A stretch of 64,000 nucleotides of DNA from Candidatus Tepidifontimicrobium thermophilum (GTDB lineage Bacteria > Sysuimicrobiota > Sysuimicrobiia > Sysuimicrobiales > Sysuimicrobiaceae), in contig JAVKHO010000012.1 in assembly GCA_031459915.1 (NCBI GenBank), forward strand, positions 25,651 through 89,650. Direction: 5' to 3'. Under the pieces are notes generated by a model that saw only the letters and a program-made list of their open reading frames with translations, made no database searches and was not told the DNA's origin. Made by a program: the position numbers and the translations under genes. Positions within the stretch are counted from its first letter, which is position 1. Every line of letters starts with the position of its first letter. Positions 9,562-18,778 of this stretch are shown one piece after another.

Positions 9562-11235
9562 GTGCCGCGGATCCGCGTGCTCGAGGGATGGCTGGCGGAC
9601 CGCATCGCCGCGGGGGAGGTGGTGGAGCGGCCCGCTTCGGTGGTGAAGGAGCTGGTGGAGAACGCTCTGGACGCGGGCGCCCGTCGGATCACCGTGGAGT
9701 TCTCCGGCGGTGGCTTCGAGCTGGTGCGGGTGTCTGACGACGGCGAGGGGATGGATCCGGAGGACGCAGCCCTGTGCCTGCGCCGGTTCGCCACCAGCAA
9801 GCTGGGGTCGCCGGACGATCTCCGCCGGATCCGCACTTTGGGTTTCCGGGGCGAAGCCCTCCCGAGCATCGCGGCGGTCTCGCACGTGGAGATCCTCACC
9901 TGCGACGGTCATGTGGCCACCCGGGTGCGCGCGGAGGGCGGGTCCGAGCCCCGCACGGAGCCGGCCAGCGCTCCCCGCGGCACGGTGGTGACCGTGCGGC
10001 GCCTGTTTTACAACACCCCCGCGCGCCGCAACTTCCTGCGGTCCGTGGCCCGAGAGGCGGCCCTGTGCCTGGACGCCGCGGAGCGGCACGCCCTCGCCCG
10101 TCCCGACGTAGCCTTCCGCGTGGTGCGGGACGGCCGGGAGGTAGTGGCGTGGCCCGCGGAGGACCCGCTGCGGCGGGCCAGCCGCATTCTGGCGGTACCG
10201 GCAGACGAGCTGCTGGCGGTGGAGGCCCAGGCTGGCGGCGTGCGGGTCTGGGGATTTCTGGCCCCGCCGTCCTTCGCCCGCCGCAGCCGCTCCGGGCAGT
10301 ACTTCTTCGTGAACCGCCGGCCCGTCACCAGCCCGCTACTGAGCCGCGCGGTGGAGCAGGGCGCCCGGACCCTGGTGTTCACGGGGCAGCATCCCGCCTG
10401 CGTCCTGTACGTGGAACTCTCCCCCGAACAGGTGGACCCCAACGTGCACCCGCGCAAGCTGGAGGTGAGGTTCGCAGACGAGGGCCGGGTGTTCGCCGCG
10501 GTGGAGCGCGCGGCGCGGGATGCGTACCGTTCCCGGCCGCTAGTGCGCGCGGTCCCTCTGTCCACGTCCCCGCCCCCCGCCGCCGCGCCCGGGGCCACGG
10601 GCTGGCAGGTCCGCGAGCCCACGCAGCTCGCGGTCCTGGAAGCCGAGCCGGCCAGACGGCTGCCGCGTCTGCGCCTTCTGGGCCAGCTGGCCAGCACCTA
10701 CCTGCTGGCGGAGTCCGCGGAGGGGCTGGTGGTGGTGGACCAGCACGCGGCCCACGAGCGCGTCCTGTACGAGCGGCTGCTGCGGGACCGCGCCCGCGGC
10801 GCCCACGGGCAGCTGCTGGCGGCACCGGTCACGGTGGACCTGAGTCCCTCGGAGATGGCCTTGCTTCCCGAGGTGTCGCCCGTCCTGCGCGAGCTGGGCC
10901 TGGAGGTGGAGCCCTTCGGCGGCAGCACAGTGCTGGTGCGCTCGGTGCCCGTGATCTCGGGCCGGCTCCCGCCGGAGGCGGTGCTGCGCGCCTGCCTGCG
11001 GGAGGGCCTGTGGGACGGAGCCCCTACCGCGGGCCAGCGGGCCGTGGAGCGCGCCGCCAGCGTGGTGGCCTGCCACAGCGCGGTGCGGGCCGGGGACGCC
11101 CTGTCGGCGGAGGAGATGCGCGCGCTGCTGGAAGACCTGGAGCGGTGCGACGACCCCTACACCTGCTTCCACGGCCGGCCGACCCTCGTGGTGGTGCCCC
11201 TGGACGCGCTGGAGGGGTGGTTCCTCAGGCGCTGA
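9562..11235 (+). CDS. mutL: DNA mismatch repair endonuclease MutL
   Basis: IAAGEVVERPASVVKELVENALDAG, GFRGEAL, DPNVHP; endonuclease motifs DQHAAHERVLYE and CFHGRP. Confidence 0.97.
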   Translation: MPRIRVLEGWLADRIAAGEVVERPASVVKELVENALDAGARRITVEFSGGGFELVRVSDDGEGMDPEDAALCLRRFATSKLGSPDDLRRIRTLGFRGEALPSIAAVSHVEILTCDGHVATRVRAEGGSEPRTEPASAPRGTVVTVRRLFYNTPARRNFLRSVAREAALCLDAAERHALARPDVAFRVVRDGREVVAWPAEDPLRRASRILAVPADELLAVEAQAGGVRVWGFLAPPSFARRSRSGQYFFVNRRPVTSPLLSRAVEQGARTLVFTGQHPACVLYVELSPEQVDPNVHPRKLEVRFADEGRVFAAVERAARDAYRSRPLVRAVPLSTSPPPAAAPGATGWQVREPTQLAVLEAEPARRLPRLRLLGQLASTYLLAESAEGLVVVDQHAAHERVLYERLLRDRARGAHGQLLAAPVTVDLSPSEMALLPEVSPVLRELGLEVEPFGGSTVLVRSVPVISGRLPPEAVLRACLREGLWDGAPTAGQRAVERAASVVACHSAVRAGDALSAEEMRALLEDLERCDDPYTCFHGRPTLVVVPLDALEGWFLRR

Positions 11236-11680
11236 CCGCGCCGCCTTGCAGCCCTTCGTAAACGTCCTCCAGGTTGAGGCCCGCGCCGAGACGGTCCGCC
11301 TTCACCACCCCGGCGCCCCGAAGCTCCTCCCGCCACCCCGGGCCGTTCGCATCCCGTCGCCAGGAGTCGGCTTGCGGCCGGTGGGAATCCAGCAACAGCG
11401 AACCGCGCAGGTCGGGAATCTCGAGGTAAGCCAGCAGCTTCTCCGGCCGGTCCACCCCCGCCGGAGTGGGAGCGCGCATCTCTGCCACGCAGCACGGCCG
11501 CGTCTTGTAGTGCTCCTCCTGATGCGGCGGGTGGCACACCCCCATCACGTCCGGCTAGTAAAAGTGGTCCGGCCCTACTCGAGCTTCACGTCTGCCGCGT
11601 GGACCGGCAACCGGTCTTTCGGGCCGCCGACCACAGCAGGTCCCCGAGGTTCGTCACCAGCCTCGCGTGCCGCCCGCTAC
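11225..11680 (-). pseudogene. Uma2 (DUF820) family endonuclease pseudogene
   Basis: Fragments GRHARLVTNLGDLLWSAARKTGCR / HAADVKL / VGPDHFY*PDVMGVC...DRPEKLLAYLEIP...LEDVYEG join via two 1-bp frameshifts and an in-frame TAG; no N-terminus found. Confidence 0.8.
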
Positions 11681-13008
11681 CCCACCACGGCAGCCTCTGC
11701 CAGCGGCTCGCCCCGCAGCACCCACGAGCCCGCCTCGCGGATGCGGACGGAGACCACCCGCCCCACCCAGTCGGCAGGTCCGTCCAGGGTGACCACCTTG
11801 TTCGTGCGGGTCCGCCCCACCACGCCGCCAGCCCGCCCCACCTCCTCCACCAGGACCTCCTGGGTGGTGCCCACCAGGGCCTGGTTCCGCGCGTAGGCCA
11901 CCCGCTCCGCCAGCTGGTTGAGGGCCCACAGGCGGCGCTGTTTGGTCTCCTCGTCCACCTGGTCGGGGAAGGTGGCGGCCTTGGTGCCCGGCCGCGGGGA
12001 GTAGCTGGCGGTGTTGCAGGCATCGAACCCGACCTGCTCCACCAGCCGCAAGGTGTTCTCGAACTGCTCCTCGGTCTCGCCCGGAAACCCCACGATGAGG
12101 TCGGTGGTGATGCTGGCCTCGGGCAGGTAGCGCCGGATGATGTCCACCGTCCGCAGGTAGTCAGACACCGTGTACGTCCGGTGCATCCGGCGCAGCACCT
12201 CGTCGTCCCCGGACTGCACGGGCAGGTGGATGTGCTCGCACGCCTTCGGGAGCTCCGCCACCGTGCGGACCAGCTTCTCCGTCATGTCGCGGGGGTGGCT
12301 GGTGGTGAACCGGATGCGCTGGATCCCCTCCACCTCGTGCACCCGCCGCAGCAGGTCCGCCAGGTCCGTGCGCGGGCGCAGGTCGTGGCCGTAGGAGTCC
12401 ACGTTCTGGCCCAGCAGGGTGACCTCCACGAACCCCTGGGCCGCCAGCTCCCGGACCTCCGCCACCACCTGCTCGGGCGGCACGCTGCGCTCCCGTCCCC
12501 GCACGAAGGGGACGATGCAGAAGGTGCAGAACTTGTTGCAGCCGTGGATGATGTTCACGTACGCGCGGACCCGCCCGCGCCGGGCCGCAGGCAGCACCGG
12601 GAGCGGCTCGTCCTTGGGACGGCGGTCCCACACCTCGTACACCCGCTGGCAGCCCTCCTGCACCTGACGGAGTAGGTCGGGCAACCGGTGCAGGTTGTGG
12701 ACGCCGAACACCAGGTCCACGTGCGGGACCCGCCGGAGCACCTCCTCGCGGTCCTTCTGCACCAGGCAGCCAGCGACCCCGAGGATCAGGTTCGGTTTCC
12801 GCTGCTTGAGCCGCCGCAGCTCGCCCAGCCGTCCGTAGGCGCGCTCGTCCGCGCCCTCCCGGACGGTGCAGGTGTTCACCAGCACCACGTCCGCGTCTTC
12901 GGGTCCTTCCGCGGGCTGGTAACCCATGGACTCCAACAACCCCGCGAGGGTCTCGGAGTCCCGGACGTTCATCTGGCAGCCGTAGGTGATGACGTGGTAG
13001 CGCGGCAT
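11677..13008 (-). CDS. miaB: tRNA-i6A37 methylthiotransferase MiaB
   Basis: TYGCQMN..DSE, NTCTVRE, GCNKFCTFC radical SAM motif, LLGQNV, RFTTSHP, C-terminal TRAM domain. Confidence 0.96.
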   Translation of the reverse strand: MPRYHVITYGCQMNVRDSETLAGLLESMGYQPAEGPEDADVVLVNTCTVREGADERAYGRLGELRRLKQRKPNLILGVAGCLVQKDREEVLRRVPHVDLVFGVHNLHRLPDLLRQVQEGCQRVYEVWDRRPKDEPLPVLPAARRGRVRAYVNIIHGCNKFCTFCIVPFVRGRERSVPPEQVVAEVRELAAQGFVEVTLLGQNVDSYGHDLRPRTDLADLLRRVHEVEGIQRIRFTTSHPRDMTEKLVRTVAELPKACEHIHLPVQSGDDEVLRRMHRTYTVSDYLRTVDIIRRYLPEASITTDLIVGFPGETEEQFENTLRLVEQVGFDACNTASYSPRPGTKAATFPDQVDEETKQRRLWALNQLAERVAYARNQALVGTTQEVLVEEVGRAGGVVGRTRTNKVVTLDGPADWVGRVVSVRIREAGSWVLRGEPLAEAAVVG

Positions 13009-13009
13009 C

Positions 13010-13507
13010 CTACGCCGCCCCCTGGGGCCGCAGGACCGGCAGCACCAAGCGGAACACCGCCAGGCTGATCCCGCTGTCCACCAAGTGGTGCAGGACGGTA
13101 CCCCCAGCCACGAACAGCCCCGCCTGGAAACCCGTCCCCAGCCACCACACCGCCAGCCCCTCGCCCACCGCGTGGATGGGAAGCGCTACCGCCAGCGCAG
13201 CCCAGAACGGCCAGCCCCGGCGGACCAGAAGCGCCCCCACGAGCCCCCACACGGCATGGGTGAAGGCGCGGGCTCCGATCACGGGGTTCAGGGTGATGGT
13301 GAACCCCACCGCGGAACCCAGCCCCACGAGCGCCGCCACCGCGGGGCTCACCAGCATGGACAGCATGGACGGGACGTGGGAGGCGAAGGTGGCGGAGTAG
13401 TTGAGCGCAGGGATAAAGAGCTGCAGCGGCGTTCCCCGGAACGCGAAGGGGATGAGCAGAGCCACGGCGGTCAGCAGCCCTCCCACGGTGATCTCCCGGG
13501 TGCTCAT
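13010..13507 (-). CDS. ECF transporter S component, NiaX (niacin)-like
   Basis: 165-aa hydrophobic protein with SATFASHVP, RAFTH, IHAVGE, GTVLHHLVD. Confidence 0.7.
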   Translation of the reverse strand: MSTREITVGGLLTAVALLIPFAFRGTPLQLFIPALNYSATFASHVPSMLSMLVSPAVAALVGLGSAVGFTITLNPVIGARAFTHAVWGLVGALLVRRGWPFWAALAVALPIHAVGEGLAVWWLGTGFQAGLFVAGGTVLHHLVDSGISLAVFRLVLPVLRPQGAA

Positions 13508-13577
13508 GGAGCCCTCCTCCTCTCGGCCAATAGGATGATACGACGGCCCGCCGCGCGGCGCTTCCCGGGCCGTCAGG

Positions 13578-16500
13578 TCACCCCAGGGCCGCGGGGCCCG
13601 CGGTGGGCTGCGGGATCGGGGCAGCCTGGGCGAACTCCACCGCGTCCAGCAGCGCCCAGGCGGTTTCCAGGGACGTCAGGCAGGGCACCCGGGCCTCGAA
13701 CGCCGCCCGGCGCAGCCGGAAGCCGGGCCGCGTGGGGTCGTAGCCCACGGTGGGCACGCACACCACCGCGGCCACCTCGCGGCCCCGCACCGCGGCGACG
13801 GCCTCCCCGTAGTCCAGGCGGCGGTGGGGCAGCCCCGCGCGCTGCAGCGCCTCCGCGGTGCCGGGCGTGGCCCACAGCACCAGCCCTGCCGCCACCGCCC
13901 GCCGCGCCAGCCGCACCGCCTCCGCACGCTCCCGCCGCGCCACCGACAAGAGCAGCGGCCCCTGCAAGGGCAGGCGCGCGCCCGCGGCCACGAAGGCCTT
14001 GTACAGCGCACCCGGCAGGTGCCGGTCCAGCCCGATGACCTCTCCTGTAGACCGCATCTCCGGCCCCACGGCTACCTCGGCTCCCGGCAGCTTCTCGCTG
14101 CTGAACACGGGCGCCTTCACGCCCACCTGCCGTGGGGCCGGCAGGTGGTAGACGCCCGGGAAGCCCAGTTCCTCAAGGGACGCGCCCAGCATGACCCTCG
14201 TGGCCACCTGCACCAGGGGGATCCCCAGCACCTTGCTGACGAAGGGCACCGTCCGGCTGGCCCGCAGGTTCGCCTCCAGCAGGTACACCCGGTAGCCGTG
14301 CACCACGAACTGGGCGTTCAGAAAGCCCCGGACGCCCAGGGCGCGGTTCAGGGACTGCAGGATCTCCACCACCCTCGAGGCCACCTCGGGCGGCAGGTGC
14401 GGCGCAGGGAACACCGTCATGCTGTCCCCGGAGTGCACGCCCGCCCGCTCCACGTGCTGCATCACGCCGGGCACCAGCAGGTGGGTCCCGTCGCCGATGG
14501 CGTCCACCTCCAGCTCCACGCCCGGCAGGTAGCGGTCCACCAGGACCGGGTGCTGGGGGTCCACCGCCAGGGCGGCCCGCACCACCCGGTCCAGCTCCTC
14601 CGCGGAGTACACCACCCGCATCGCCCGGCCGCCCAGCACGTAGGAGGGCCGCACCAGCACCGGCAGCCCCACCTTTGCCACCAGGTCACGCGCCTCCTCG
14701 GGCGACCGCACCGCGCCCCCGGGGGGCCTTGGAATCCCCAGGCGGCTGAGGAGGGCGTCGAACTTCTCCCGGTCCTCCGAGATGTCCAGGCTGTCCGCGG
14801 AGGTCCCCAGCACGGGTACACCCGCCCGGTGCAGGGGCCCGGCCAGGTTCAGGGCCGTCTGGCCCCCGAACTGCACCAGCACCCCCACCGGCCGTTCCTT
14901 TTCCACCACGTGCAGCACGTCCTCCACCGACAGCGGCTCGAAGTACAGCCGGTCGGAGATGTCGAAGTCGGTGCTGACGGTCTCGGGGTTGCAGTTCACC
15001 ACCACCGCCCGCAGGCCCGCTTCCCGCAGGGACCGCACCGCGTGCACCGTGCTGTAGTCGAACTCGATGCCCTGGGCGATGCGGATGGGCCCGGAGCCGA
15101 GCACGACCGCGCAGGGCCGTGGGTCGTCCTCCGCCTCGTCCTCCTCCTCGTAGGTGCTGTAGTAGTACGGCGTGGCCGCGGGGAACTCTCCCGCGCACGT
15201 GTCCACCAGTTTGTAGGAGGGCCGCAGCCCCAGCGACTTCCGGTAGGCCCGCACCGCCTCCTCCGTGGTCCCCCAGACCCGCGCCACCTCCGCGTCCGAC
15301 ATCCCCACCCGCTTGGCCTCCGTCAGGGCTTCTGGCGACCGGTCGCGCGCCAGATGCCGCTCCACCTCCACCACCCGCGCCAGCTCCCACACGAAGAAGG
15401 GGTCCACCAGGCTGCGGCGGCTCAGCTCCTGTGGGTCCGCCCCGCGCCGCAAAAGTTCCGCCAGGGCCCACAGCCGCTCGTCGCAGGGGGTCTGTGCCCG
15501 CGCCCACAGGGCGTCGTCAGGAAGCGCCGCCAGCTGCGGGTGGTACAGGCCCACCCCCCCCGCCTCCACGCTCCGCGCGGCCTTCAGCAGCGCCTCCGTG
15601 AAGGTCCGGCCGATGGCCATCACCTCTCCCGTGGACTTCATCTGGGTGCCCAGGCGCCGGTCGGAGTCCGCGAACTTGTCAAACGGCCACCGGGGGATCT
15701 TCACCACCACGTAGTCCAGGGCCGGCTCGAAGCACGCGGTCCCGCGGGTGATGGGGTTCTGGATCTCCCACAGGCGGTAGCCCACCGCGATCTTGGCGGC
15801 CACCCGCGCGATGGGGTAGCCGGTGGCCTTGCTGGCCAGGGCGCTGCTGCGGGACAGCCGCGGGTTCACCTCGATCACGTAGTACCGCTCGGAGGCGGGG
15901 TCGAGGGCGAACTGCACGTTGCACGCCCCACGCACGTCCAGGGCCCGGACGATGCTCAACGCCGCGCTGCGCAGCATCTGGTGCTCCCGGTCGCTGAGGG
16001 TGAGGCTCGGCGCCACCACGATGCTGTCCCCGGTGTGCACGCCCATGGGGTCTACGTTCTCCATGTTGCACACGGTGATCGCGTTGTCGTCCGCGTCCCG
16101 CACCACCTCGTACTCGATCTCCTTCCAGCCGCGGACGCTGCGCTCCACCAGCACCTGGCCGATGGGGCTGGTGGCGATCCCGCGGGCCGCCACCTCGTAC
16201 ACCGCCTCCCGCCCCTCCGCCAGACCGCCGCCGGTGCCGCCCAGGGTGAAGGCGGGCCGGATCACCACCTCGCCGCCCAGGGCCTCCGCAAACGCCACCG
16301 CCTCCTCCGGGGTGGAGGCGACGGTGCTCTCCGGCACCGGCTGGCCGATGCGGGCCATCAGGTCCCGGAAGCGCTCCCGGTCCTCCGCGTCGTGGATGGC
16401 GTGCAGGGGGGTGCCCAAAAGTTCCACACCCAGCCGTTCCAGGACACCCAGGCGCGCCAGCTCCGCGGCCAGGTTGAGTCCCACCTGCCCTCCGAGGGTG

Positions 16501-16763
16501 GCCAGAAGCCCCTGGGGCCGCTCCACCTCCAGGACCCGGGCCACGGACGCCGCGGTGAGGGGCTCCAGGTACACCCGGTCCGCAGTCTCGGGGTCGGTCA
16601 TGATGGTGGCGGGGTTGCTGTTGACCAGCACCACCTCCACGCCTTCCTCCGCCAGCGCCCGGCAGGCCTGGGTCCCCGAGTAGTCGAACTCCGCGGCCTG
16701 CCCGATGACGATGGGGCCGGAGCCGATCACCACCACCTTCCGGAGGTCGGCTCGCCTGGGCAC
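13578..16763 (-). CDS. carB: Carbamoyl-phosphate synthase large subunit
   Basis: GSGPIVIGQAAEFDYSG, duplicated ATP-grasp domains, NCNPETVSTD; GTG start 1 nt after the carA stop. Confidence 0.97.
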   Translation of the reverse strand: MPRRADLRKVVVIGSGPIVIGQAAEFDYSGTQACRALAEEGVEVVLVNSNPATIMTDPETADRVYLEPLTAASVARVLEVERPQGLLATLGGQVGLNLAAELARLGVLERLGVELLGTPLHAIHDAEDRERFRDLMARIGQPVPESTVASTPEEAVAFAEALGGEVVIRPAFTLGGTGGGLAEGREAVYEVAARGIATSPIGQVLVERSVRGWKEIEYEVVRDADDNAITVCNMENVDPMGVHTGDSIVVAPSLTLSDREHQMLRSAALSIVRALDVRGACNVQFALDPASERYYVIEVNPRLSRSSALASKATGYPIARVAAKIAVGYRLWEIQNPITRGTACFEPALDYVVVKIPRWPFDKFADSDRRLGTQMKSTGEVMAIGRTFTEALLKAARSVEAGGVGLYHPQLAALPDDALWARAQTPCDERLWALAELLRRGADPQELSRRSLVDPFFVWELARVVEVERHLARDRSPEALTEAKRVGMSDAEVARVWGTTEEAVRAYRKSLGLRPSYKLVDTCAGEFPAATPYYYSTYEEEDEAEDDPRPCAVVLGSGPIRIAQGIEFDYSTVHAVRSLREAGLRAVVVNCNPETVSTDFDISDRLYFEPLSVEDVLHVVEKERPVGVLVQFGGQTALNLAGPLHRAGVPVLGTSADSLDISEDREKFDALLSRLGIPRPPGGAVRSPEEARDLVAKVGLPVLVRPSYVLGGRAMRVVYSAEELDRVVRAALAVDPQHPVLVDRYLPGVELEVDAIGDGTHLLVPGVMQHVERAGVHSGDSMTVFPAPHLPPEVASRVVEILQSLNRALGVRGFLNAQFVVHGYRVYLLEANLRASRTVPFVSKVLGIPLVQVATRVMLGASLEELGFPGVYHLPAPRQVGVKAPVFSSEKLPGAEVAVGPEMRSTGEVIGLDRHLPGALYKAFVAAGARLPLQGPLLLSVARRERAEAVRLARRAVAAGLVLWATPGTAEALQRAGLPHRRLDYGEAVAAVRGREVAAVVCVPTVGYDPTRPGFRLRRAAFEARVPCLTSLETAWALLDAVEFAQAAPIPQPTAGPAALG

Positions 16764-16764
16764 G

Positions 16765-17871
16765 TCAGGCCGTCCCCGCCGCGCGCGCGGTCGGGCGCGC
16801 GGGCTGCAGGCGCTCCAGGAAGCGGTCAAACAGGTCCCGGGAGTCCCGGGGCCCGGGCCGGGCCTCCGGGTGGAACTGCACCGCGAACACCGGCAAAGCT
16901 TCGTGTGCGAGGCCCTCCACGGTGCCGTCGTGCAGGTTGCGGTGGGTCACCCGCAGGCCGGTGCCGGCCAGGCTCGCCTCGTCCACCGCGTAGCCGTGGT
17001 TCTGGGTGGTGATGCGCACGCGCCCTGTGTCCACGTCCAGCACCGGGTGGTTGGAGCCCCGGTGTCCGAAGGGCAGCTTGAAGGTCCTCGCCCCTGCGGC
17101 CAGGGCCACCAGCTGGTTGCCCAGACACACGCCGAACACCGGCACCCGCCCCCACAGGGCCCGGACCTCCCGGGCCGTGGCCTGCAGGCGCGCGGGGTCG
17201 CCCGGGCCGTTGCTCACCACCACGCCGTCGGGGTTCAAACTCAGAATCTCCCGGGCCGTGGCGCGGTGGGGGACCACCACCACCTCGCAGCCCCTGGCGT
17301 GCAGCTCCCGTGCGATGCCGAGCTTGAGCCCGCAGTCCACCACGGCCACCCTGGGGCCCTCGCCGGGCAACGTGAAGGGAGCGGGCGGGGAGACCTCCTC
17401 CACCACGTCCACGCACGACAGGTCCGGCACCGACCGGGCCTGTTCCACCAGCTCCCGTGGGTCCCGGGCTCCCGTGGCCAGCACGCCCCGCTTGAGCCCG
17501 CCGGCCCTCAGGTGGCGGACCAGCTTCCGGGTGTCCACCCCTTCCAGCGCCACCACGCCCCAACGCCTCAGGTAGTCGGACAGGGGGATGCGGCCGGCCC
17601 AGTGCCACGTGTACGGGCTGCAGTGGCGCACCACGAACCCGCGCAGGAACGGCCGCCGGGACTCCGCCCAGCCGGGCTCGACCCCGTAGGTGCCCATCAT
17701 GGGGAAGGCCATCACCACGATCTGGCCCGCGTACGAGGGGTCCGTGAGGACCTCCGGATATCCGGTCATGCTGGTGGTGAACACCACCTCGCCCGCGGCC
17801 TCGCCCTCCGCCCCCACGCTGCGGCCCCGCAGCACCAGCCCGTCCTCCAGCGCCAGGTACGCCTCCGTCAC
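16765..17871 (-). CDS. carA: Carbamoyl-phosphate synthase small subunit
   Basis: GEVVFTTSMTGYPEVLTDPSY, SNGPGDP, GVCLG, FGHRGSNHP, QFHPEA; SD GGAGGTG. Confidence 0.97.
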   Translation of the reverse strand: MTEAYLALEDGLVLRGRSVGAEGEAAGEVVFTTSMTGYPEVLTDPSYAGQIVVMAFPMMGTYGVEPGWAESRRPFLRGFVVRHCSPYTWHWAGRIPLSDYLRRWGVVALEGVDTRKLVRHLRAGGLKRGVLATGARDPRELVEQARSVPDLSCVDVVEEVSPPAPFTLPGEGPRVAVVDCGLKLGIARELHARGCEVVVVPHRATAREILSLNPDGVVVSNGPGDPARLQATAREVRALWGRVPVFGVCLGNQLVALAAGARTFKLPFGHRGSNHPVLDVDTGRVRITTQNHGYAVDEASLAGTGLRVTHRNLHDGTVEGLAHEALPVFAVQFHPEARPGPRDSRDLFDRFLERLQPARPTARAAGTA

Positions 17872-17882
17872 CCTGCACCTCC

Positions 17883-17920
17883 GTGGCATGAGTATGCACG
17901 ATACTGCATAGATATGCAAC
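17883..17920 (-). promoter_or_regulatory. Tandem ARG boxes (ArgR/AhrC operator) overlapping a sigma70-type carA promoter
   Basis: Cores TGCAT-AGAT-ATGCA (17905-17918) and GGCAT-GAGT-ATGCA (17885-17898); minus-strand TTGCAT-N17-CATACT; AT-rich patch in GC-rich DNA. Confidence 0.8.
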
Positions 17921-18061
17921 GCCGGACGCGCCTCACCGGCGGGTCCGCGCCGCGTGCGGCCGGACGGAAGTGCACCTGTACGTCGGGGGAACCCGTGGGG
18001 TCGGCAGGACACCAGCCATAGCTCCCTCCCGGAGAGCCTTCATGGCGTTTTGGACAGTCTA

Positions 18062-18778
18062 TCAGTGGTCGGTGCGGGAAGTAAAGCCCCGGAGGCACAG
18101 GACCACCGCCGCGGCGGCCACCGCGGCGGTCTCCGTGCGCAGCACCAGCGGCCCCAGGCTGCACAGGGTGCCCACCTCTTCCAGCCGGGCCACCTCCGCG
18201 GCGTCGAAGCCGCCCTCCGGCCCCACGAACAGCGCCAGGTCGCAGGCGGAGGACTCCCTCACCAGGTCCGCCAGGGGACGCCCTCCGCTTTCCCACAGGA
18301 CCAGCCGCAGCTGGTGCGCCCGGAACCGCTCCACAGCCTGGGGGAAGTCCACCACGCGCTCCACCTCCGGAACCGTGGGACGGCCGCACTGCTTGGCCGC
18401 CTCCGCCACCACCCGGCGCCAGCGCTCGGAGCGGTCTCCAGTCGCGACGGTGCGCCGGGTCCGCACCGGGACGAAGCTTGCGACCCCCAGCTCCGTGCCC
18501 ATGCGGACCACCAGGTCCATGCGGTCTCCCTTGGGCACGCCCTGATACAGGGTGAGCCGGTACGGGAGGGAGGCTGCGGGCAAAGCGCGCACCACCCGCG
18601 CCCGCGCGGGCGCGACCTCCACCAGCTCCGCCTCCCACTGGCTTCCCGCGCCGTCGAAGGCCAGGAACCGGTCGCCTGGCTGTAGCCGCAGCACCCGCAC
18701 CGCGTGGCGGGCCTGGCGGGGGTCCAGGAGCAGCCAGGTGGGATCGCGGGGGTCCGGTCTAGCCAGAAGGCGCCGCAC
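18062..18778 (-). CDS. rsmE: 16S rRNA m3U1498 methyltransferase
   Basis: HAVRVLRL, TELGV, EAAKQCGR, VGPEGGF, SLGPLVLRTETA. Confidence 0.95.
   Translation of the reverse strand: MRRLLARPDPRDPTWLLLDPRQARHAVRVLRLQPGDRFLAFDGAGSQWEAELVEVAPARARVVRALPAASLPYRLTLYQGVPKGDRMDLVVRMGTELGVASFVPVRTRRTVATGDRSERWRRVVAEAAKQCGRPTVPEVERVVDFPQAVERFRAHQLRLVLWESGGRPLADLVRESSACDLALFVGPEGGFDAAEVARLEEVGTLCSLGPLVLRTETAAVAAAAVVLCLRGFTSRTDH

Noticed and set aside
6900..11700. Invertible, phase-variable mutSL cassette
   Set aside because: No inverted repeats at the junctions and no recombinase in the window; only a 9-bp direct match (CCAGGAGTC), expected by chance
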